Shown here in pieces: positions 40,684 to 51,231 of a stretch of DNA of 64,000 nucleotides. The notes under the pieces are model-generated. The model did not search any database. It worked only from the letters and a program-made list of their open reading frames with translations, and had not been told where the DNA came from. The stretch lies in contig OX597817.1 in the NCBI GenBank assembly GCA_951406725.2, forward strand, positions 85,560,001-85,624,000, given 5' to 3'. Each line of letters begins with the position of its first letter. Position 1 is the first letter of the stretch. Source of the DNA: Octopus vulgaris (lineage: Eukaryota). Made by a program: the position numbers and the translations under genes.

Positions 40684-41108
40684 GATGAATGAGCAAAACC
40701 AAGAAAAACACAAGAGGGACAAGTTTTTATGAAGTTGTAATTAGTTTCATGCTTGAAAAGAAAGACGAAAAGGTAAAAAGGCCTTTGACATTCTGGACAT
40801 GAAGTATGTACGTGTTTGCATGAGTAGGTTCATATATCCCTTCAAAAGGCTCATTCAACAGTGTCATTTTTTTTCCCAGTTCTCTGTGTAAAACATGTCC
40901 ACAGTGTTTGTTGTTTGACAGACTGGATAGTATTACGTTCTTTGGAAATTGGTGGGTGTTGATGTGTATGTGCATGCTTGGTAGGGTGTGTGTATGTATG
41001 TGTGCAGGTGTGTATCAACTGCATGTGAGTACTCACATGGGTGAATATGTGGGTGTATGTTGTCTGCTGTGTATATCAGCTGCATGTTCGTTATTGGTGT
41101 GTGTCAGT

Positions 41109-41241
41109 CAGGGCCGGCTCTAGGTAACAGCAACTCAGGCAGTTGCTAGGGGACACCAAGGAGGGCATGACAAAGACAAGGAAATTTCCATGACCATTAG
41201 CTTGTACAGACCAAAGTTTAGCAACCCTAGGGCCAGTCCTG
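41109..41241. mobile_element. hAT-type MITE (133 bp)
   Basis: TIRs cagggccggctctagg / cctagggccagtcctg; 8-bp TSD gtgtcagt / gtgttagt. Confidence 0.8.
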
Positions 41242-41522
41242 GTGTTAGTACATGTGTGTGTGTATGTGTGTGTGTGCAAATATGTATGCATTAGTTCTTA
41301 GCCATCTATTGTGTGTGTGCATATATGAATACACAAACACACACACAAGTCTTCTTTCAGATTCCATCTACCAAATCCACACTCAAGACTCCACACTTCA
41401 GCCTGGGGCTATAAAGATGATACTTGCTCAAGGTATAATACAGAGGAACTGAACACAAAGCCATGTGGATGTGAAGTGAACTTCTTAACCAACAGCCATG
41501 CCTATTCTTGTTCATGTGTGTG

Positions 41523-41573
<51 letters not shown>

Positions 41574-42383
41574 CACGCGCGTGCATGCCTGTGTGTATAC
41601 TTACAAACATTATACACAAGGAATTAATGTTTTTCATGTAATTCCACTCAACAATGAGATGATGCTTTCTTACAATGACTTCATTCCAATGACACTGCTA
41701 GCAAATGCTCTTAGAAATTATGAAATGCTATTTCTGTTTACAAAAAAAAAATAACCTCAACCATTCCTTTTCATAAGAATGCTGTAATCTTTAAGGAAGA
41801 ACATTGCCAAACACAACCACGATGGTTGAAGTTCTCTTTTGGCAAGCCCTCAAAAACAAAAGGAAATATCTTGTTTGGCATTGAAACATTTTTGCACCAC
41901 AAAACACAACCAGTATGAATGAAAGGTGGGGCCTATTTGAAAGTTTACCAAAATTAATAGCTAATAAAACAAAGTAAAATTTAGAACTGGTGTGAGTTGG
42001 CATTGACAACAAGTAATCCAAAGTAAATACGGTAGTTCAAATAAGTAGAGTTAATGTGAGGTAAGGAAATGATACATTACAAGTTCAAGTGCTGTATTAT
42101 GGAACGGAAGAGAAGAGAAGAGTGAGAGTTCAGTATAATGTTATCTTAGAGTTAACTCCCAAAATAATAGTGCATTGAACTCTCTCTTTTATCTTCCTTG
42201 ATAAAGGACCTGAGCTCAAAACATTTTGTTTTCCTTTCCTCACAGTTACTATGTATATATATTTTTAATAACCACATTTCCTTTACAAATAAATCAGCTA
42301 TATTTGACAATATTCAATGTTTATAGTTGACTAATGTCACAGTTGAATAATGAAACTGTAGATCATGCATGGATTATTGCTGT

Positions 42384-42611
42384 TTAACCATTTTTATACC
42401 AATACATCTGAGATCATTCTTTACTCTCTGATGCAAATGTTCTATTTCAAGGTACTTGAAATTAAAACCTTCCATCAAAATTTCATGTTAATTTATATCC
42501 CAAACACCAGCTTAATTATGACAAAGTTACTTTATGAACTTCATTATTTTCAAAAATTAATTGAAATTAAGGCAATATATTTTGACAAAAATATGGGAAC
42601 AAAAGGTTCAA
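42384..42611. mobile_element. piggyBac-type MITE, same family as 4958-5175
   Basis: Reverse-complement similarity (aattaaaaccttc...aatttcatg) and a ttaacc start. Confidence 0.5.
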
Positions 42612-42888
42612 ATAATCTGCTGTGGCACCTTAGCTGTTGCTTCTTATAGAGACTGCTTTTGATATTTTCTCCAATTAGTATTTCGAATGTCTATGAGATA
42701 CATCCATTTGGAGATACAATGTCACTGACACTAGCTTTGGATATATTCTGTTGTTGTGAAGTGTCATGTAAGGAGTGGTACATTTATATACCACTTTGAT
42801 TAATTTTTGTATGAGTAATCTTACTAGGTATCTTGCAAACAACTTGCACATGCAAGTGCTACCAGTTAAAAGCTCCGTATACCGGAAG

Positions 42889-43000
42889 CTAGCAAGTGTA
42901 TGGGGTCATCAGGAGAGAATGCGCGCCATTTCGGGGCCTACCTCTCGACGGCATCAATGCGTACCGGCCCCCCTCACTGATATGAGGCCCCGCTTGCTAG
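42889..43000 (-). ncRNA. Candidate rearranged (non-circularly permuted) hammerhead ribozyme in the HERO 3' UTR
   Basis: GUC^, GAAA and CUGAUGA are all present with pairable stems I, II, III and an 8-bp closing stem, but in the order GUC > GAAA > CUGAUGA. Confidence 0.65.
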
Positions 43001-43020
43001 ATCAGCTGGTTATGAAGAAC

Positions 43021-44670
43021 TCAATATACTTCTAGCCATCGCTCATTGTCTCTTTTTAACCAAATCCAGTGGCTAGCCTTCTCCACTGTAGATTGAATAT
43101 CAGTCATGGTGGTATTGACTTTACGATGAGTTAGGCCTAGCGATAACAACAGTCGTCTCACACTGTGACCAACAAACCCTCTACACCCAACTTCGATAGG
43201 AAAATGTTCCGCTTTCCAGCCTGCATCTTCACATTCCTCAAGGAGGTTTTCATAACGGTTCAATTTTCGAGCCCGAGCGGCGTCCATATTGTCTTCATGA
43301 GGAACCGTTAGCTCGACTATATTTACAACTTTCTTTCTTTCACACCACATCAAAATATCTGTTTTTTTCGAAACTGGGATGGGAAAGAAAACCTGGCACC
43401 CAGGTAAATCTGCAGTTACCTCCCAATAGCCATTCCACTTTTCATTTTTCTCAGGAAGTTTCTTGATCTTCTTGAAACGAATCCGCTGACCTGGTCGCAC
43501 GAAGGTAATGAAATCTCTTGATGGTACTTTTAACGGTTTTTCCTCAGTGTTGTTGAGATGAATTTGGTTCTTTATAGCATTGAAGATAACCTTAAGGACC
43601 AAGTTGTGCCTCCATGTGTACCTGTTCAATGCTAATGAACAGTTGGAAAGAATATGTTTTAGTGTACCGACCTTTCCACATTTGCAGATGTCATTCTCTA
43701 AGACGCTCCATCTTACTAGATTCGTAGGTGATGGCAAAACATCATAAGATGAACGAATCAGGAAACTCAGCCGAGATGTCGTCCACTTCCACATCTCATC
43801 CCAACTTATCTTCCTCTCAACAACATGTTCTTCCCATCTCGTCATCTGACCTTGATGAAAACATCGGATCAAATGAAGCTCTCTTCTCTCTGCTTCTCTT
43901 GTTTTGACGCTGTTGCTAACAACAGATCTGCATTCACTCCGCATCATGCTTGCAAACGGTCTGAACTGATCTGCGCCAAAACCAAGTCCTTTCCGATGGT
44001 TCTGCATTGCTCCCACCATATCTCTGTGTATAAGAGAAGACAAGATGTCGTCAGTTTCTGCTTCTGCTTTCCACTTCCTGGCTCTTTTCACCTCTGGTGG
44101 GTTATGCCTGATTTCCATATCCTTCGATTCTCTCAGCATCATGACCGTCCGTATCTTCCCCAGCTTATATCTTTTACGATAAAGAGCTGAGCTGTTCAAC
44201 ATACGAGGTAGGCCTAGCCACTTTCTTATGAACACATTACATTTTTGTTCAATCCTTTCAACTCGTGACAATGCTACTTCGTATATTGAAAGTGGCCACG
44301 CAAGTCACGGGTACAAGCCAAACTGCAAGCACCAAATTTTATATTTACCTTGTAACTTCGAATTATCAATTGCTGATAACCCAGCCTCGGCCTGTTTCAT
44401 AATTTCAATCCCACAACTTCTGTCTGACAATGTTCCAGCGTATACTCGTCCCAAGCTCTTGACGGGCTCTTCCTTGACTGTTGGAATGCTTTCTTCAGAT
44501 ATTCGAAACTTAAATTCTTCCTGCACTCCCTTAACAAATGTCAGACTACGCGACTTTTTTGCTCTAAATCGCATCCTTGACCATCTTACAAGTTTGTCTA
44601 ATCTCAAGAGGGCATTCTGCATGATTTGTTTATCTGCAGCTAGAACTGTCACGTCATCCATGAAGGCTTT
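43021..44670 (-). pseudogene. HERO RT-RLE reading frame with one in-frame stop (44305-44307, probable CGA>TGA)
   Basis: ORFs 44305..44661 and 43021..44271 are in the same frame, joined by LAWPLSIYEVA after the stop. Confidence 0.85.
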
Positions 44671-44671
44671 C

Positions 44672-44808
44672 TTATTTACATTTGACAGATATTTGTCCTC
44701 ATCTTGTTTGTTGTTAACACAATGTTTTGGCTGATGTACTCTTCAGCCTTCATCAGGTGTCCTAGGGGAATTTTGAACCTGGGTTCTCATTCCTAAGGAA
44801 TTTTCCAA

Positions 44809-44867
<59 letters not shown>

Positions 44868-44944
44868 TCCCTGCTTGGAATCGAACTTGAAATCTTGGGA
44901 TTAGTAGCCTATGCTCTTAACCCCTACACCATATGCCCGTGGGC
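44672..44944 (-). mobile_element. tRNA-headed SINE with internal (AAT)n and an HHR-like 3' tail
   Basis: Minus strand: TGGTGTAGGGG A-box, CTACTAA anticodon-loop-like heptamer, AGTTCGATTCC B-box, (AAT)n, then the tail with CTGATGA-AGGCTG..CAGCC-AAAAC. Confidence 0.75.
44716..44761 (-). ncRNA. Decayed minimal hammerhead motif
   Basis: GACAC-CTGATGA-A-GGCTG(aagagtacat)CAGCC-aAAAC-aTT-GTGTT; two G>A changes at CpG positions separate it from GAAAC-GTT. Confidence 0.55.
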
Positions 44945-45139
44945 TATTACTGGTAAAACTAATATTAAATGTAGTAGTGCTGAGATCTACAAGGTTGAAA
45001 AATGTTAAAGGGGAAAACATTAAAACAACTCTATAGCCATGTGTTTCCAAAAATGTGTTTGTATGTGTGTGTGTGAGTGAGTAAATATTAGAAATATATA
45101 TATGTATATATTGATTAAATTGATTAAATATCTTTGTAG

Positions 45140-45235
45140 GAATGTCACCATATAAGTGTTCTCAAACATCTGAGTCAACTGAAATCAAGAATCTTTTCGG
45201 AAAAATGGTAACCCAAAGAAAATTTAATTCAACAG
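45140..45235 (+). CDS. Candidate internal host-gene exon (96 nt, phase 1-1): xMSPYKCSQTSESTEIKNLFGKMVTQRKFNST
   Basis: Acceptor tctttgtag|G, strong donor CAG|gtaagt, length divisible by 3, only one open frame, non-repetitive sequence; protein family not recognised. Confidence 0.45.
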
Positions 45236-45409
45236 GTAAGTTGGTTTCTGTAAACATTTATTTTGTTCAATCTTTCTTTTAAACCATGCCATTTAGTTTC
45301 CACTTAAGATGGAAAATAATGATACTGAAAATAATGTTATAGTTGATAATTAATGAAAGCATTTAATATTCATTTCTTTCCTTGAAACATACTAAAAAAT
45401 CAATAAAAA

Positions 45410-45610
45410 GAGGGGCCTGACTGGCCACTATCAGTTTGTGACAGTCACTGTTGAGACATTGAGAGTTCTCAGACTCCATACTACCGATTTCCTTCACAAA
45501 ATAGGGATAACGGCAGCCCAGCAGAGAAATGTGCTTCATGAGGTGGAGTGGTTACTGCAGTGAGTGTCGCTGACCACTCTCTGTGACAAAGCCATTGAAA
45601 TCATTATTGA
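45410..45610 (+). mobile_element. Possible CRE-clade non-LTR 3' fragment
   Basis: Reads FVTVTVETLRVL...TTDFLHKIG...EWLLQ*VSLTTL, resembling the CRE RLE C-terminus (FVPxAVETLG...FL...WLxQRxS...RGNA). Confidence 0.45.
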
Positions 45611-46337
45611 AGGGTGTTGCTGAGGACACCATTTGTTCTGGGGTATGTGGCCCTCCCACTCCATCTTTTGTTGTTTTACCTCTGCTTTTCTTTTTCCTTT
45701 CTAATCTCTCTATATTTTTTCTGTTTCTTTGTATTTAAAAGATTTTAAAAATGCGAATCTGAAGGAGCAACTTAGTATTACTTAGGAATGATTTTATATC
45801 ACTAGAAGTCTCTTAGCTTTAAGGCTGGAAATATGAATATCCAGCCCTCGTGTACAAAATACTTTATACATTAAGCAACAGAATTACCTTCATAACTTTT
45901 ACAATTGTAAGTTTTCATACACAGAGTTGAGATGTTTAATGGAAAATATGATTTTGCATACTTAATGTTCTTTCAGAAAGAGTGTGAACTATATAAAGTA
46001 ATATGTGTTAAGCTGTATCAATAACTTATGATTTCTTTTATGTAATTAAATACCCTCTAGGCTGACTAAGGCCTAGGGTGCAAGGCATAGCTGTGTGGTT
46101 GTGAAGTTCACTTCCAAACCACCAGATTTTGGGATCAGTTGCACTGCATAGCACTTTGAGTATATGTCTTCTAATGTAGATTCTGGCTGACCAAAGCCTT
46201 TCATTGTAAGTGGATTTGATTGAAGAAAATTTGGAAAAGCTTATCATATACATATATATATATACATGTGATAGTTTTTTGGTAAGCAGTGTCTATTTTT
46301 ACAATTCTGTAAATAACAATAATAATACTTTATAAAC

Positions 46338-46536
46338 TTAAAGCTTATGAGCAATCACTGTGTAATGACTAAAGAAAATAGTCTAATACTGGTACATATA
46401 AGCCCTTGATGGAAAAAAGTAGGGTTTTCCAGATGCATGGGATGGAAAACCTTACTTTTTACTGTCGAGGGCTTATATACCCCAATATTAGACTATTTTC
46501 TTTAGTCATTACATGCTGATCGCTTATAAAATTTAA
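46338..46536. repeat. Fold-back palindrome (~200 bp)
   Basis: tgtaatgactaaagaaaatagtctaata is mirrored by tattagactattttctttagtcattaca; spacer about 11 nt. Confidence 0.85.
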
Positions 46537-48210
46537 TATTATATATATATATATAATATGTAAGTGTAAGATCCAAGGATCTAGGTATAGGAAGTTAGTA
46601 AGCTTTGAGCAGTCAGGAACAATAATAGTTTATCAGCTTAGAATGTTGTTTTTCCCATTATTGAAGTTCAATAAGCTGAAGAGAGTTTTTTTATAGTTCA
46701 GAGTTAGCAACTAGGATTGCTATGAATGTAAATAAAATCCAAATTGAGAGAAATCAGATAAAATCCAGGCTAAATTTGTTTCCTAGCTAGCAGAACCTTG
46801 GAAGTAATATTACTCAATGAGGGGTGCCCCACTAGTTACTCCTCAGGTCAAAGATACCTTAGTTAAATGAAAATTACATTGTTGTCAAGGGATTCCGAGT
46901 TAACTTGCCGCAGATATAATTTAATATCTGCTTTCCATGCTGGCATGGGTTGGGTGGTTTGATGGAGGTCTGGCAAACCAGGAGGCTACACCAGGCTTCA
47001 ATCTGATATGGCAAGGTTTCTACATCTGGATGCCCTTCCTATTCATTTTTTTAATGATTTAAATATTTCAGATTCTCGAGATAATGCCACTTATGAAACT
47101 TTGACTACATCAGTGAGTTCATACATTTTCTTTATTTCATTTCTGTTTATGGTTTTAAAACGTAGCCATTGTTTTCTTGTGTGTGTGTGTACACATGTGC
47201 GTGTGTGTGTGTTATTAAAAATATCTTGGGAAATTCTAGTCATACAAAATTATGCTTCTCTGAAACTGTTCTTCTAGCAGTTTTATCAACACACCTACAC
47301 CATACTCTCCAGGTATTTATCTATGCCAAAGTCTCCATATATTTATCACCCTCTCTGAAATTCAGTGTGGTAATCAAGGCAAATTGCATCATATTTAATG
47401 CACAGCTTGCCTTCCAATGCTGACCTAATACTTCTATCCTGGGGATGGGCTACTCACAGTTTGTAAAAAACCAGTTGCTGCTGGGCCTACAGGGTACTGA
47501 GCATCAACAGAAGAATCATAAATCTTATATTTTGCTTGTCCTTTATGCAGCTCTACTTTCTGTATATCTAAGTAATGAGAAAAACTAACTAAAGAAGCTA
47601 TAACTGATATTTAGCTATCAAGAAAGACACAAGAATAAGTAAAGATAGAATTTCTTAACAGGAATAATTCAGATATAACAGCTAGATAACATTCAAAATT
47701 CTTTGCTTTATGTTCAGTACATATGACTTAATTCTTGGATTTACTTATATAATATATATAATATAACTATTATATTACATTATATTATATATCATCATCA
47801 TCATCGTTTAACATCTGTTTTCCATGCTAGCATGGGTTGGACGGTTCGACTGGGGTCTGGGAAGCCAGGAGGCTGCACCAGGCTCAGTCTGATCTGACAG
47901 TGTTTCTACAGAGTGTAGTGGGTGCTTTTTACGTGCCACCAGGCAAGGCTGGCAGCGGCCATGATCGGTTGGTGCTTTATATATATATATATATACATGC
48001 ATACATGTACACACACACACACATTATTTAAAACAGTTTGGTTTGGCTCTATGTGACTTAAAGGGCTTCTAACAGATGGGGGTGTATTATTGGTCCAATA
48101 ACACACCCACATCTATGCATTCATACATCTGGCATGCACACACACACACACTGATCTTGCTCCTGTCAGCTCCTGGACACCTAGATACCACCAGCTTCCT
48201 TTCTAGTCAC

Positions 48211-48602
48211 CAAAGGTGGACACTGTTAATCGAAAAGTTAACTTTGTTAATCGTAAATCCATTAACCAAAAGTTAACTTCAATAACTGTTAATCAGTTAA
48301 TTATTTCCTAATGTAACAGAAGTTATTGATTAACCGTTAACATTAACTTTTATTATAGAAAAAAACTAAAATCAGTTTTTGCTCTAAAACCATCTAAAAA
48401 CACCTTTAAAAAGTGCCAAAACTATAAAATCCATTAACTTCAATTGAAGTTCACAGAAGTTAACTCAAGTTGACTTAAGTTAACGGAAGTTAAATGTAAT
48501 GGAGGTTGATTAGTCTGATAATGATTTCCAAAGTTAACCTAATGAAAACATTAACTTCATTAATTAACAATTGATGGATTAATGATTTGGTGCCCAGGTT
48601 TG
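48211..48602. mobile_element. hAT-type MITE rich in GTTAAC/GTTAAT motifs
   Basis: Termini caaaggtggacac / gtgcccaggtttg; 8-bp TSD ctagtcac / ttagtcac. Confidence 0.75.
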
Positions 48603-49038
48603 TTAGTCACGCAGCCCAGGAAATTCCCCTTATTAATGAAACTGATGTTGCTGAATCACCAATCTTGACAGCATCATGTGACCTGCTTTGACCAATAGCA
48701 ACCCAATTTCCAACAGCCATCTTGAACTTCCTGTGTCCCTCCATTTGGTAATCTAAACCTGAATGAAACAGGTTTCTGTTAGAAGTCCATGATACTATAA
48801 AACTGTTTTAAATAATAATACTTATAACTCCTACTAAATGTTTTGACTGCCTTTTTCTTTTCTTCATCCACTTTCTCATATATATATATATATATATTTG
48901 TAAGTTTGCTCTCCAACCACATGATCCTGAGTCCATTCCCACTGCATGGCATCTCTGGCAAGTGTCTTCTACTATAGCCCTGGGTAGGGCAAAGCATTTT
49001 GAGAGAATTTGCTAGGCAGAAACTGAAAGAAGCTCACA

Positions 49039-49042
<4 letters not shown>

Positions 49043-49109
<67 letters not shown>

Positions 49110-49507
49110 ATGATATGATATGATATGATATGATATGATATGATATGATATGATATGATATGATATGATATGATATGATATGATATGATATATGATGATA
49201 TGATATGATATGATGATATGATATGATATGATATGATGATATGATGATGATATGATATATGATATGATATGATATGATATATGATATGATATGATATGAT
49301 ATATGATATGATATGATATGATATATGATATGATATGATATATGATATGATATATGATATGATATGATATGATGATATGATATGATGATATGATATGATA
49401 TGATGATATGATATGATGATATGATATGATATGATGATATGATATGATATGATGATATGATATGATATGATATGATATGATATGATGATATGATATGATA
49501 TGATGAT

Positions 49508-49539
<32 letters not shown>

Positions 49540-49651
49540 ATGATATGATATGATGATGATATGATATGATATGATATGATATGATATGATATGATATGAT
49601 GATATGATATGATATGATACGATATGATACGATACAATACGATATATGATA
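49043..49651. repeat. (TA)n followed by ~550 bp of (ATATG)n with interspersed (GAT)n
   Basis: Direct run; explains the ISYHI ORFs. Confidence 0.97.
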
Positions 49652-50372
49652 TGGGTAATCAGTGAGACAGTAAGCAACATAGTAACATCCAAGCTACTTT
49701 CTTTAATTGGTGTTGGAAATTTCTTACAGAGGAAGGAATGTTATTTAAAATAACTACTGTGAGATTAACTATGCATTGAATAAAGATCTCTGGTAATATT
49801 ACTACAACTTCAGCTATTTTAATACTTTCAGAGAAGGAGATATCTCTGTTGACAACAAAGGATTTCTACTTCTGTATTGAATTAGGTTTATATAAATGCT
49901 CAATTAAAGGAATCATGAGGTGGAATATCAGCAGTAAATGAAAATGGATTATCTAATGGTTTTCTCTTCAATGAACAATACTGCAGTCTGTTGTGCTGAC
50001 CACAAAGTGGATAGAGAATTGGTAGATTATCAAAGGTATTGTCCAATGTATATGTAAGGAGCAACTTTATAAGTATGGTCATATAATTCAAATGAATTAT
50101 ATGAAATGAATTTAGTGGGGAAAAAAAGAGTTGTTCATTAACAGTGAAAGCAAAGCAATGCAACTATTGGAGAAATTAGCTTTGTGAGATCTAATAAGGA
50201 TGTACCATAAAGTCAAGAGAAAGGAGAATTAAGAAACAAAGGGAGATATACTTTTATTATGGATTTATCAGTCCTTGCCAGAATGTAATAAGGAATGCCA
50301 AAAGGACAACAATATTTAATTAATATAAATACATAATATAAATTACTGACCTTTCAATAGTGTCTACTTTTT

Positions 50373-50591
50373 CATACTAAGCTTCACTTTGTAGCTTATC
50401 CATTGAAGTATATTCATTGAAACATGTCTATTGAAGTATATTTATTGGAGTATATCCATCACTGCTTTCATAAATTTATTAAATTTAATAGATATGTAAG
50501 ACAGGCTCATGTATCTAGTCAGCTTAATTAATTTATGAATGTAGTGACAGTTCAAGACTTATGGATATACTCCACAGTGAAGCTTAGTATG
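50373..50591. repeat. Degenerate fold-back palindrome
   Basis: catactaagcttcact / agtgaagcttagtatg perfect outer 16 bp, plus inner cact.c.ttcataaatt.attaa arms. Confidence 0.65.
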
Positions 50592-51231
50592 GACTATGTT
50601 AGTGAGCACAAAAATGTAAAAATTGATAGAATTGCTCTGAAATCTTATCCACCTTCATTGATGCATCATATCTTGTGTCTGGTAACTTTGCCAAAGTAGC
50701 TTAGGAATTACATGATAGAATACGCAAGTGTCTTCTACTCTAGCCCCATGTTAACCTAAAGCCTTGTGAATAAATTTGGCAAATGAAACTAAAAGATTAT
50801 CTGTTATGTATATATATGTGCATTGGTATGAGTGTGGTGTGTGTGTCTGTGTGTATGTCTATTCACAGCTGGTCCCTTCATCCATTTTCCTTCCCCTCTG
50901 AAGACACTCACCACCACCCATCAGCTCCCTAACTGCGGTTCTTCCTTGATGCCACTTTTTATACTACCCAGAACCATTTCACTTGTTATCCATTCTTCAT
51001 CCATCAGTACTGTTCTCTTCACCCACTTTCCTTAATCACCCATCTTCACTGAGCCACAAATTATCTCTCCCACCTAACAACATATGTCTCACTCTCTTAA
51101 CACATTACATGTGTCTTTCTCTTCCCCAGCCATTCATGCAACCTTCCCAACATCATGTCGTCTCTTTTGTCTTTATCCTGTCTACTGATTATCATTATTA
51201 TTCTACCATCTCACATTTAAAAAAAAAACCA

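Larger units (their letters stand above)
42820..44671 (-). mobile_element. 5'-truncated HERO-clade non-LTR retrotransposon (RT C-half, CCHC knuckle, restriction-like endonuclease, structured 3' UTR)
   Basis: KAFMDD (RT catalytic motif), VKSLGR, RKWLGLPR, SFLIRSSYDVLPSPTNL, CKC...HILSNC, RYTWRHN, TDIL...ELTVP...K, PIEVGCRGF are typical of HERO-type RLE elements. The exact 3' end is uncertain (~42780-42830). Confidence 0.85.

Noticed and set aside
42195-42230. ttgataaaggacctgagctcaaaacatt, possibly an HHR relic
   Set aside because: Too many core changes to support.
43825-44734. Plus-strand ORFs of 121 and 168 aa
   Set aside because: Antisense shadows of the HERO reading frame.
48972-49692. 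Long ORFs of 221 and 226 aa
   Set aside because: Translations of the (ATATG)n/(TA)n satellite.
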